Shown here in pieces: positions 49,343 through 61,563 of a stretch of DNA of 64,000 bases. Both the position numbers and the translations under genes were made by a program. Each line of letters begins with the position of its first letter. The stretch's first letter is position 1. Under the pieces are notes generated by a model. It was not told where the DNA came from, did no database searches, and saw only the letters and a program-made list of their open reading frames with translations. The DNA comes from Octopus vulgaris (Eukaryota): NCBI GenBank assembly GCA_951406725.2, contig OX597831.1, positions 75,144,001 through 75,208,000 on the forward strand. The letters run 5' to 3'.

Positions 49343-50087
49343 TAGGCCATTGCGCCTCCACATATATATATATATAATTGTTAAACAGGGCGTCAAACAT
49401 CTCAAGTCATATACAATATTATTATAGGAAAAAATTGAAAATCTTACAGCTCTTCCTGGGACATCCCCGAGTATGGGATATTCTGTCATCAGAGACAAAT
49501 TGGGGAAAAAAATATGGAAAATGAGAATGGTGTATACCAATAAGATGGCAGCATAGGGAAAAGAAGAATAAAGCGATGGAAAGAGGGAAGAACTCTAGTA
49601 ATCCGTTACAATACTTACCTAGCGTACCTAATCGTTTAGATCACCTGTGAACTAAACCCCCATATTTTGTATGTGTGTATATATATATATATTATTTTGT
49701 TTCAGTCATTTGACTGCAGCCATGCTGGAGCAATGCCTTTAATCGAACAAATCAACCCCAAGACTTATTCTTTCTTAGCCTAGTACTTATTCTATTGGTC
49801 TCTTTTTCCGACTGCTAGGTTACGGGGACACAAACACACCGGCATCAGTTGTCAAGCGATGGTGGGAGGACAGACACACACACACACACACATATATATG
49901 ACAGGTTTCTTCCAGTTTCCGTCTGCCAAATCCCCTTACAAGCCTTTGGTTGGCCCAAGGCTATAGTAGAAGGTATTTTCCCAAGGTCCCACACAGTGGG
50001 ACTGAACCCAGAACCATGTAGTAGGGAAACAAGTTTCTTACCATATAGCCACTCCTGCACCTATATATATATATATATATATACATA

Positions 50088-50551
50088 TCAGAACTGGAGG
50101 AGAAGTTTCAGGTGTGGAAGCAAGGATTAGAATCGAAGGGCTTTAGAGTCAACCTAGCTAAAACCAAAGTCCTAATAAGTAGGAAGGTAGACAAATCACA
50201 AACACCTTCAGGTAGACGGCCCTGCTTGATCTGTAGAAAAGGTGTAGGTAGAAACTCTATAAGATGCACCAAGTGTAAGCTATGGACACATAAGAGGTGC
50301 AGCAATGTCAAAGGAAGGCTAACTGGGAAGATAGTTTTTGTATGTGGCAGATGTACCTGTGCCGGTGGCACGTAAAAAGCACCCACTACACTCACGGAGT
50401 GGTTGGCGTTAGGAAGGGCATCCAGCCGTAGAAACATTGCCAGATCAGACTGGGCCTGGTGCAGCCTTCTGGCTTCCCAGACCCCAGTTGAACCGTCCAA
50501 CCCATGCTAGCATGGAAAGCGGACGCTAAACGATGATGATGATGATGATGA
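50088..50551 (+). mobile_element. Internally deleted RTE copy: PHD-coding segment joined to the 3' UTR and (GAT)n tail
   Basis: 50088-50353 matches RTE 5472-5739; the remainder matches the RTE 3' terminus. Confidence 0.9.
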
Positions 50552-51014
50552 TACATACATATATACATACAAATATACATGCATATATATATACATACAT
50601 ATATATATACATAAATATACATACATATATATAAATGCATATACATACATATATACATACATATACATATATATATATACATACATATACATACATATAT
50701 ATAAATACATATACATACATATATACATACATATACATATATATATATACATACATATACATATATATATACATACATATACATACATATATACATACAT
50801 ATACATACATATATATACATATACATACATATATATACATATACATACATATATATACATACATACACACACATACATACATATACATACATACATACAT
50901 ACATACAAATACATACATAAATACATACATGCATACATACATACACATACATACACATACATACATTCACATACATACATACACATACATACATACATAT
51001 ACACACATACATAT

Positions 51015-51060
<46 letters not shown>
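50552..51060. repeat. ~510-bp (TA)/(CATA)n compound microsatellite
   Basis: Directly visible; source of several spurious ORFs. Confidence 0.95.
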
Positions 51061-51122
51061 CATTATTGGTGAATTGAAGAAATGGAGCTGAACGCAGATT
51101 GAACAGAAATCGTTTTATTTCA

Positions 51123-51202
51123 TTCTACACGTGTTTCGAAAGGCACAAATTACCAAAATCCGATTGAATAATGGGACCACATTGTGTCTTTCTCTTCAGG
51201 AA
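51123..51202 (-). ncRNA. Type-I hammerhead ribozyme with canonical core, in a ~270-bp element between (TA)n tracts
   Basis: Minus strand: TTC-CTGAAGA-GAAAGACACAA..TTGTGCCTTTC-GAAACACGTGTA-GAA; palindromic stem III ACACGUGU; GUA site. Confidence 0.75.
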
Positions 51203-51613
51203 GAAAATAGGAAATCCGTTGGAAAAACAAAAACAGAACAGAGGCGGAGCAAAAACAAATCGAACTATGCTCCTAAGAGCATATTAACCTTTGATTAATC
51301 TACTACAAGATTATTCATCTTTCTATTTCACATATATATATATATATATATATATATTATACTTACAAATTGAGATAGGGGTTGTAAATGCAACCCTCTA
51401 TGGGATAACGTATATCCAATATACTGCTAGTGAAGTACCCAACAAAGTTAATACATAAATGTTAATGATTGCGATGCAATCATATATATATATATACATA
51501 CATACACACCAGAGTAAAGCACATAAATGTGAAACAAAGTGGAAAAAAGAGTACTCAAATGCCAGAGGTAGAGTAATATGCTTTATTTAAAAGCAGCAGA
51601 AATATAACAAAAG

Positions 51614-51651
51614 CTGTTACTCAGAGTTTCACGTTCCCATTCGTCAGACAG
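51614..51651 (-). ncRNA. Minimal type-I hammerhead ribozyme in element 51508-51722, with an inverted partial copy at 51659-51722
   Basis: Minus strand: CTGT-CTGACGA-ATG(GGAA)CGT-GAAACTCTGAGTA-ACAG. Confidence 0.7.
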
Positions 51652-52116
51652 TTTTGTTTGTCCGACAAATGGGAAACTCTGAGTAACAGCTTTTGTTATA
51701 TTTCTGCTGCTGTTAAATAAAGTCTCTATATATCACCATCATCCTCATTATTTAACGTCTGGCATGGGTTGGACGGCTTGACCAAGGCTGGCAGGCTGGA
51801 AGTCTGCACCAGACTCCAGTTTGATTTGGCATCGTTTCTACGTCTTGATGCCCTTCCAAATGCCCACCATTCCGAGAGTGCAATGTGTGGTTTTACGTGC
51901 CACTGGCACAGGTGCCAGTTATGTGACACCATTATCTGCCACAACTACGATTACACTTGACTTCTACTCAAGCACAGCATATTGCCAAAGGTGTCGGTCA
52001 CTTGTCATTGCCTCTGTGGGGCCCAACACTCGAAAGGAGCCTTTCCACATGCCACTGCTGGCATCAGTGACTTTTTACATACCAGTTACATGACACCAGC
52101 ATCAGCCACAACTATA

Positions 52117-52697
52117 TATATCGGAATGCTCACATCAGCCATATTCCTACCGCTCTATGTCATGCTGGTGAGACCCATATTAGAGTACGGGATTCAAGCC
52201 TCTTCTCCTTATCTCCTCAAAGACATACAGCATCTCGAAAGAGTCCAGAAGCTGGCTACCCGCATGGTTCTTGGTCTCAAGCATTTGTCTTATGAAGAAA
52301 GGCTGAAGACGGTCGACCTTTATTCTCTAGAAAAACGACAACGCCGTGGTGATCTCATTCTTGCTCACAACATCATAAGCGGAAAGTGTAACCTCTCGAA
52401 AGAGCTGTTCTTCACTCCTGCTCCAGAGCATCGGCTGCGGGGTCATTCCGAAAAGCTCTATCTGCGACGATTTCATCTCAATTGAAGGAGAGGGGCTTTC
52501 TCCGTCCAGGTTGCGGATCCATAGAATAAGCTGCCAGACGAGATGATGAAGATGCCGATGACCACTCGGTTCAAAGTCTCCCTTGACCACAATTGGCCTA
52601 AACTCTTTACATGAACACCACCCTGTACATAACTCCATGTCCCCCTACATGGCCTTGCTTTTTGCTTTTTGAGCCAAAAAATTAACTAACAAACTAA
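52117..52697 (+). mobile_element. CR1-clade LINE 3' fragment
   Basis: LVRPILEYG..LERVQKLATRMV..SYEERLK..LEKRQRRGDLI..RLRGH; short CTAA-type tail. Confidence 0.85.
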
Positions 52698-54912
52698 CAT
52701 ATCTATTATATAAAATCAGTTCTGTCTGTGTGTCTTCTAGGATCTCGGGCATCCTCCATCCAATTGCGCTCAAATTTGATATGTAGATACCGATTGTATC
52801 AGAGCGTGTATAAGACTTGAAAAAATTACAAAAATCGATTCCAGGTGAGAATGCGACCGATAAAACCGTGGGAACGTGCATTTGTATGCGCAAGTACAGC
52901 TGTTGCGATCAATACTATACGTACGTGAGAAAAAGTCTTTATTTCTCTTTTTGCTGGTGTCTCAAATTTAGATTAAATCAGTGTTTCTCAAAGGGGAGGC
53001 CTATGGGACGGTTGGATAAGTTGTTTTGAGAAAATTTGGCTTAAATATATATATATATATATATAGGTATTATGATGTAAATGGGAAAACAGAACTCAAA
53101 ATATGAGTCTATGTATATCTTTATTAATATTTAACAGAATTAACAGAGTCACAAAACTCTCTGACCTTGAGTCACTGTTACTTCTGCTAAATATTAATTA
53201 TATACTAGACTACTCGTGACCTTTTGGGTCACCTGGAAAGTCAGAGTTTCCCAGCAACAGTTTTGTTTCATGGGTTCTTTTTACTTTCTTTTCCAGGTTA
53301 TTTCGCATACTTTCAATGAATGTGACATCGAAATCACGTGCAAATGGCTCCTTTCCCCAGAAAAGGAAAGATTTGGCTGCTATTTCTTGCACGCCATGAG
53401 ATACGTTGAATGCACCCAAAAAAATGTTTATAATGCTATTCCCTTGGGGTGGTCTTTCGCTTTGACTCTCAGAACTGTCATCTGGATCAGCTGGTTTTGT
53501 TCGTTAATGTCCATAAAAAATTTTTATCGACTTATTTTAAAGAGAAAAAAAGGAGAAAGTGAAAGATGTATGAACGTGCTCCAGCATGGCCGCAGTCAAA
53601 TGACTGAAACGAATAAAAGAGTAAAAGAGTATGTATATGAAATGGACATGTGAGAGAGAGAGAGAGAGTGCCACTTACACATACATGAGAACACACATAT
53701 TCACTCAATCACTCTCCTCCCTCACACACATGCACATACAAGAAAGATGTATGCATATGTATTGATGTATGTACGTATACATGACAACACACCCCTTCAC
53801 TCACTCACTCTTTCTCTCTCTCACACATCCATTTCATATACACGTACATACATCTTTCACTTTCTCCTCTCACATTAAAACAAAAGTAAATAAATAAAAA
53901 TATTTTATGGAAGTTAATAACCTGAAAAATATTTTTAAAAAAACAAATATTGTCTGTTTAAAGAAAGCTAAAATATAAGTACTTACTGTACAAACAACTT
54001 ACATTTTTGAAATCACATTCAATTAAAAATATTGCCTTAATAATTAAAATATTGTGTACATCAAAAAGTTGACATTTTTTTCCTTAGAGAGTGCAAAAAC
54101 TATGTGTGTGTAAATGTCACAAATAGCAGACGTGTTTGTGTTCACTGAAATGCCATGACATTCATTGTATGTTGACATCATAGAAGCCATATTCTTTTTT
54201 ACATCAAGAAATAACAAACAAAAATTGTGTTTACTCATTTTCATTAAATAGAAGTCCAAATGTCACAAAAATTTGTACTGTACTGCATAAGATAAGTATG
54301 AAAATAAATATGCAAAAACAATTGAGATAAAATATATTATTTCTGAGTTATTTCAGGTACACACAAACATCCCTAGAATTTTAGTATTATTAAGATATAT
54401 ATATATGTATATATATTGTTTGTTTCTATGTTTAGTTATAACAAAACCAAATTTACATTAATCTGATCTCTATAATTTTGTAGAGTACAAATTTATCGTA
54501 TGACAATGGCTTAGCTGGTTGAAAATTCGAAGTCCCTGTCAACAACATTCATCATCATCATTTAACATCCGTTTTCCATGCTGGCATGGGTTGGACGGTT
54601 TGACTGGAGACTGGCAAGCCGGTGGTTGCACCAGGCTCCAATCTGATCTGGTAATGTTTCTACAGCTGGATGCCCTTCCTAACACCAACCACTCCGAGAG
54701 TGTAGTGGGTGCTTTTTACATGTCACTGGCAAAGGAGCCAGTCCCCGTTCGGATGGTGCTTTTTACATGTCACTGGCAAAGGAGCCAGTCGAGTGGCTCT
54801 GGCAGCAACCCATGCATGAATGAATGGTGCTTATCGTGTGCCACCAGCACTGGTAACGGCCACTACTACATTTTCCATTGGATTGTGATTTGATTAGTTT
54901 ACAAATAATAAA

Positions 54913-54948
<36 letters not shown>

Positions 54949-57074
54949 CATCATCATTATTTGATGTCCGTCTTCCACGCTGGTATGGGTTGGACGGTAT
55001 GACAAAAGGCGGCGAGCCGGCAGAACCGTTAGCACGCCGGGCGAAATGCGTCGCCTTATTTCGTCTGCCGTTACGTTCTGAGTTCAAATTCCGCCGAGGT
55101 CAACTTTACCTTTCATCCTTTCGGGGTCGATAAATTAAGTACCAGTTACGCACTGGAGTCAATGTAATCGACTTAATACCTATGTCTGTCCTTGTTTGTC
55201 CCCTCTATGTTTAGCCCCTTGTGGGTAATAAAAGAAATAGGTATGACAAGAGCTAGCAAACTAGAGGACTACACTAAGCCACAGTGTCCACTTCGGCATG
55301 GCTTCTATGGCTGGACGGTCTTCGTAGCTATTGACTACGTTTCAGAATTTTTAACAATTTTATTCCATGTTTTATAGATGAATTTAGTGAAATCCTAAAA
55401 CCATTATCTCATCACTAACGATGTGCCATAAAGCAAACTCAGCCACATGCATAACAGCTTCTAATAAATTGGGTTAAAAGCCTTGAACTGAAGGTGGGGG
55501 GTGGGGAGAAAACTTCTGGTTGTTAAACAGGAATTTTCCGGATTTGTTGTTTTGAATGTTTAAATAATTCCCTGCCTCCAGAATCGCTCAGTTCAATGAG
55601 TAATGTCAGCAAAAAAAAGTAACAGCTTGTATTTTTTGAAGTTAATTGCATTAATTAATTATAATAGGCCCAGGTGTGGCTGTGTGGTAAGTAGTTTGCT
55701 TTCCAACCACATGGTCCTGGGTTCAGTCCCTCTGTGTAGCACCCTGGGCAAAGGTCTTCTACTATAGCCCTGGGTCAACTAAAGCCTTCTGAATGTATTT
55801 GGTAGATGGAAACTGAAAGAAGCCCGTCGTGTGTGTGTGTATCCATCCGTGTCTGTCCTCTACCATTGCTTGATAACCAGTTTTGGTGTTTACAGTAAAA
55901 GAGACCAATGGAATAAGTAAAAAAAATATTGGGATTGATTCCACAAGGTGGAGCTCCAGCATGGTCACGGTCTAATGACTGAAACAAGTAAAAGATAAAA
56001 GACCATTTTTGTTAATTTGCTGCAGACCTTGGAATAACCTCCCACCCGCACAGCGCCATCTCAAAGAGTGGAGGGGGGGAGTCTAATGGCATTGAATGCA
56101 ACTGAGCGGCTGTCCACCTCCAGACGAGTTTGTAATAAGGAAGAATGTCTACCTATCAACATAAAAAGAAACAAAAGACACTAAAAGTCTAACATTCACA
56201 TAATTCCGTTCTGGGTTCCGGTCCATCTTAAATGGACAAGATCTAAACAAAAACAAAAATTTAATGAAATCATTGCCGCTGGTATGGCATACAGTGCCAT
56301 TCCACATGATGTCACACAATTCTTCTATGGCACAGCACATCCTGCTACTCCAAATATACACTGGATCTTTGGGACTACCTCAGCCGAGGAGCAGGACTTC
56401 ATCTCAAATTGCATCATTAAACTTCCACTGAGACACAACAACATCAATAAGAATTGTAACTGTTTGTAACATCAGCAGGAGGTTAAAGTACCAGAGGCAG
56501 GAATATACATACACACACATATATATATTCTCATCTTTATATATAAAATTGAAGTTGTGTGTGTGAGACTCTGTCTCCTCCGATTTAGATTCCTAACTAC
56601 TCCCACATTTTGCGGTGCAGTTTAACCAAAAGCGGGTATCTTATAGTCGTCATTCATATCGAGCCCTTCTGGGTATTAGCGCGCGTCTACGATGAGTCTA
56701 CGATTTAAAAAAAAATTTACCATCATTTTTCTGCATTTTTAAAGATTTTGCTTGGGTTATATAAGGGAAGTAACTCTCTAAAAATGCCTATATAGTTATT
56801 TCCCTTACAAACCCGAGCAACGCCAGGTGATACTGCTAGTATTAATATATATATATATATATATGCATTAACACACACCCACATTAACATTTATACTCGC
56901 ACACATACATTAACATATACACACAGACACACATTCAACATGTATATACAAAGGCAGATATACATTAACATATAATATATATAGAACAAACTTACTTAGA
57001 AATGGATGCGTGTGTTCTATCGTGTAATAACAAATTAATAAATTAATAAACATATGCATATATACATACATATA

Positions 57075-57286
57075 CTCTCTTTTACTCTTTTACTTGTTTC
57101 AGTCATTTGACTGCGGCCATGCTGGAGCACCGCCTTTAGTCGAGCAAATCGACCCCGGGACTTATTCTTTGTAAGCCCAGTACTTATTCTATCGGTCTCT
57201 TTTTGCCGAACCACTAAGTGACGGGGACGTAAACACACCAGCATCGGTTGTCAAGCAATGCTAGGGGGACAAACACAGACACACAA

Positions 57287-57346
<60 letters not shown>

Positions 57347-57506
57347 GACAGGCTTGTTTCAGTTTCCGTCTACCAAATCCACTCACAAGGCATGGTCGGC
57401 CCGGGGCTATAGCAGAAGACACTTGCCCAAGATGCCACACAGTGGGACTGAACCTGGAACCATGAGGTTGGTTAGCAAGCTACTTACCACACAGCCACTC
57501 CTGCGT
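57075..57506 (-). mobile_element. SINE family A copy
   Basis: Reverse complement of 7369-7780. Confidence 0.9.
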
Positions 57507-57910
57507 ACCTACCTCTACATGTATATATACATGCATATATGGGTACAAGACACCAAAAAAACGTCGAACACAATGAGAAACGAAAACATAGACACAAAAC
57601 CAAGGAACTGGACATTTTTCTTAAACAACGAAAAAATAGAGTACAGGACAAATAAAACAAGGAAAATTCCCCTTCTTCAGTCGCCATGGTTTCATCTACT
57701 CTACGTTTCGAAGGTGAAGGCGATACGCATCTCCGATAGAAACTTTCCTTCCCACGAAAAGCAAATTAAACAAAATTTGAGATTTTTTTGCAGAGGGGTA
57801 AAACTGGTAACAAAAACAGGACAGTAACGACAGTACAAAATATAAGCAGTAAAAGACAGGACAAGGAGAATAACAGTAACACAGACAAGAAGGGCTGTTA
57901 AGCCAAACGA

Positions 57911-58289
57911 GATAAAATATTACGAATGCTATTTTTGAGAATGGCGAAGGAGCCACAGAAAATCCATTTCTAAGTAAGTTTGTTCTTAATATTAATAATG
58001 ATGCGCACTCTTAACCTTTCTGTCCCCCTCCCTTTCTCAGCCTTCCTTCTTTCTGGTTTCCTTTTCTTCTACCTTACTGTCTCTCCCTCTCTCTCATTCT
58101 TCATTCTTTCTGGTTTTCTCTACAACCATTCCCTTTTTTTTCTCTTCCCTTCCCTTTCTCTTACTTCTCCTCCCCTGTCCCGTCGCTGGTCAGCGATGAG
58201 GAAACTACTGTCTTTTCTGACCTTGCTTCACTCGAGTGTAGACAGCATTTTCTGTGGCTCCTTCACCATTCTCAAAAATAGCGTTCGTA

Positions 58290-58298
<9 letters not shown>
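57911..58298. repeat. Element with ~52-bp terminal inverted repeats and a pyrimidine-rich interior, ending in (TA)n
   Basis: 57911-57963 is the reverse complement of 58247-58298 with 2 mismatches. Confidence 0.7.
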
Positions 58299-58323
<25 letters not shown>

Positions 58324-58324
58324 C

Positions 58325-58790
58325 GGCATGTGGAAGACCCTATGTCTGGCAACAGGACTCTGCACCATGCCACACAAGCAGGAGAATCCAGTCATGGCTG
58401 TCAGACAATTTCTACGCCCACATCACCCCTAATATCTGGCCACCTAACTCCCAACACTGCAACCCCCTTGATTATTATGTGTGGGGTGCAGTTGAGCGAG
58501 AACCCAACAAAACTTTGTAACACCAAAGATGAACTTCTGAAGGCAAGGATCATTCATACTGCATCATTCACCAACATAAACAAGGAGACTGTCCTGAAGA
58601 TTTGCAAGAGATTCCAAAGTCATCTGGAAGGCCATGGTTGAAAGCAATGGAGATTTTATTGAATAAATTTACTCTTCAGCATTTCAAGGTATTTTAATGT
58701 AATTTTGGAAAATATATCTGTTAAAATGAAATGTCAGAGTTATTTTCAATTTTGCATAATTTAGATGACAATATATTCACCGCACCCGAC
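58325..58790 (+). pseudogene. Tc1/mariner (DD37D-like) transposase 3' remnant
   Basis: RPYVWQQDSAPCH..WPPNSQHCNPLDYYVWGAVERE. Confidence 0.85.
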
Positions 58791-58887
58791 ACACACACAC
58801 AAACACACGTACATAATTCTTCCTTTGTTTTTGCGGTAGTAAATGGGGGGGGGGGGGCTTGAAAAGAGGAAGAAATGTGCTACTTAC

Positions 58888-58986
58888 TGACTAAATTAGA
58901 ATTTGGGTTGTCATCAGTGTAGAGGTTCAGTAAATTGATGCAGATCTGTTTGCGGGCTTCCAAACATGGCACCCTCATCAGATAAC
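58888..58986 (-). CDS. CFAP69: CFAP69 exon 2: GYLMRVPCLEARKQICINLLNLYTDDNPNSNLV
   Basis: tgtag acceptor, GTAAGT donor; 99 nt, phase 1 to 1. Confidence 0.88.
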
Positions 58987-59503
58987 CTACAACACAAAGA
59001 AAGCAAAATAGGGGTTGAGGTCTTCAGCTTCCTTTTTTGTTTTATTGTAGTTTGTGTTCCATTTGTTTTTGTTTTCTTTTTACTGTAAACCTAGATACTT
59101 CCTGATCAAACCAAACCGGTTTCAAACAACTCTTTATGATCCACAAATCCCACCAGAGCCATCACTCAAGAGAAAGTATAACCTGGTACATGTACCATAC
59201 TTCGGCTAATCACTTTAGGTACCTACATACTAATGAGCAGATATAGACACCTGGGTATGACTATAAACTGCATCCAGGCTCTGGTTCAGGGGCTCCAGTG
59301 AATTAAGGAGTCATCATCATCATCCTCGTTTAATGTCCGCTTTCCATGCTGGCATGGGTTGGACGATTTTGACTGAGGACTGGTGAACCAGATGGCTGCA
59401 CCAGGCTCCAATCTGATCTTGCAGAGTTTCTACAGCTGGATGCCCTTCCTAACACCAACCACTCTGAGAGTGTAGTTGGGTGCTTTTAAGTGCCACCGGC
59501 ATG

Positions 59504-60447
59504 ATGGCCAATCAGGTGGTACTGGCAACAACCATGCTCAAAAGGTGTTTTTTACGTGCCACCTGCACGGGAGCCAGTCCGGTGGCACTGGCAACGACAT
59601 GGAACACTTTCCATAGGCACTAGTGTTTCCAAACCCTGGGTAGTAGCATGTATCAGGGTCCCAGTTATGGGTGAATTAACATGCAAATAGAGATTAGCTG
59701 TGAATGTAGGAATAAACAGATCCAGACCAAATTACAGGTGGCCCCTTTTCAAGGCCTAGCATTTGGTAACCACACAAGCCAGAGGTGAAATCATAAAATG
59801 CATCATGATTGTGAATTCTTTCAGCAGATGAACTCATTGAGTAAATCTTTTATGTTTTGTCTCTTACTCGTTTGTGTCATTAGACTGCGGCCATGCTGGG
59901 GCAACACCTTGAAGAATTTTTAGTCTAACGAATCAACCTAAGTACTTAATTATTCTGCTAAGCTGATACTTATTCTATCAGTTTGTTTTGCCAAACATCT
60001 AAGTTACAGGGACATAAACACACCAACACTGGTTGTCAAGCGATGGTGGGGAGACAAACACAGACACACACATATACAACGGGCTTCTTCCAGTTTCCCT
60101 CTACCAAATCTACTCACAAGGCTTTAATCCAAGTATAACCTGGTACACTGGTATAACCAAGTATAACTCTGGCTTGTGTGGTTACCAAATGCTAGGCCTT
60201 GAAAAGGGGCCATCTGTAATTTGGTCTGGATCTGTTTATTCCTACATTCACAGCCAATCTCTATTTGCATGTTAATTCACCCATAACTGGGACCCTGATA
60301 CATGCTACTACCCAGGGTTTGGAAACACTAGTGCCTATGGAAAGTGTTCCATGTCGTTGCCAGTGCCACCGGACTGGCTCCCGTGCAGGTGGCACATAAA
60401 AAACACCTTTTGAGCATGGTCGTTGCCAGTGCCACCTGAATGGCCAT
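59504..60447. repeat. Local inverted duplication, ~280-bp arms (59504-59784 / 60167-60447)
   Basis: Arms span an RTE-UTR/unique-DNA junction, with few mismatches. Confidence 0.9.
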
Positions 60448-61165
60448 TGTGTGTTGCTAAATGCTTGTAACTGTCTTATTTCCTCTAAAAGCCACAGAAT
60501 AATTCAAAGCTGGGTGAAACAAAAATCACACCAGAAACAAACAAGAAGACATACATCAATATTTTGCAGTTTTGCTTCTCATTGGTGTTGTCTAAGTGCA
60601 GCTAGATGCGTTTAACCACACACCAACATTAAGTATGTGATACTGGGCATGTTTACAGTATCAAGCTATTTTAAGACAAACTTTGAATTTTGTTCTAATT
60701 GTGCAGCACTTTTTCACATCAGCAGATAGATTTTTATGCTTCTGGTTGACAATTCAAATTCATTTCAGAAATTAAATAAGACTATGGCACTGATGAGCAG
60801 GAAATACCATGAAATATCAATATATGTTGTTCTTGTTCACTTCCAGAGCAGTCTTTTTTTTTTTTGCCTAACTTGAAGTATCCTGTGTGTTTTAACACAA
60901 TATGTTTTTAAAGGAGCCTCACTGAGACAAAATACTGCAGAGACAAGTGTTTAACAACACTCATTAAATATATCATTTTGATAAGGCTTACATTATTGAG
61001 CTGCTTCTAACACAAAATTTGGAAAATGTTTTCATATTTTTCATCTAAAAAACAAGGAAGACACTGCAAATGAAAGATGCCAACCACATCAATTTACCAA
61101 TGGCACCAAGATTGTAAAAGAAAGAACCAAACACAATCACAGGGTATAAGATGATGTTCTCTTAC

Positions 61166-61352
61166 CGATTTGACAAAACGCCATCATAGCTAGATCTTCG
61201 TGTGCTATTTCGTCTGATGTTTTCTCCTTCAAGAACGGCAAACCACACACACTCAAAATTTGCTGCAGTGGTTTTTTATAAACGTCATTTTCTTCGAATC
61301 GATCACAGCATATATTCAATATATTGACAACTTCAAGTAAATCTTTGAGGAG
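61166..61352 (-). CDS. CFAP69: CFAP69 exon (1st in window): LLKDLLEVVNILNICCDRF...CGLPFLKEKTSDEIAHEDLAMMAFCQIG
   Basis: ttttag acceptor, GTAAG donor; 187 nt, phase 0 to 1. Confidence 0.9.
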
Positions 61353-61510
61353 CTAAAATGGTTTAAGGTTTCATATCAATGTACAGAGGAACTCGGTTTA
61401 GCAATGCCTTGTTCTATCAGTCTCTTTTGCCAAATCGCTAAGTTACAGGGACATAAACACACCAACATCGGTTGTCAAGCAATGGTGGGGAGACAAACAC
61501 AGATACACAA

Positions 61511-61563
<53 letters not shown>

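Larger units (their letters stand above)
391..61352 (-). other. CFAP69: CFAP69-like gene (cilia- and flagella-associated protein 69), span of the 18 internal coding exons found; 5' and 3' ends not identified
   Basis: 18 minus-strand exons with AG/GT boundaries splice with continuous phase into about 795 aa. Motifs recalled from vertebrate CFAP69 occur in collinear order: CGLPFLKEKTSDE, EILWNIL, RQLRNDIL, YEDFEMKKLL, EEMQLH, GHGNSYLGEGSRG, SGLGYH, EGCFLLLDLLE, ENMRAKIY, LPGL..DFK, GEVW, FVSRTS. Recognised from memory; no database search was run. Confidence 0.9.

Noticed and set aside
50392-51063. Long Y/I/M/C/V/H-rich ORFs of up to 223 aa
   Set aside because: They are translations of a (TA)/(CATA)n microsatellite, not genes.
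53200-53525. Possible piggyBac transposase remnant or ORF 53216-53653
   Set aside because: Similarity too faint to support by eye; the ORF runs into a SINE tail.
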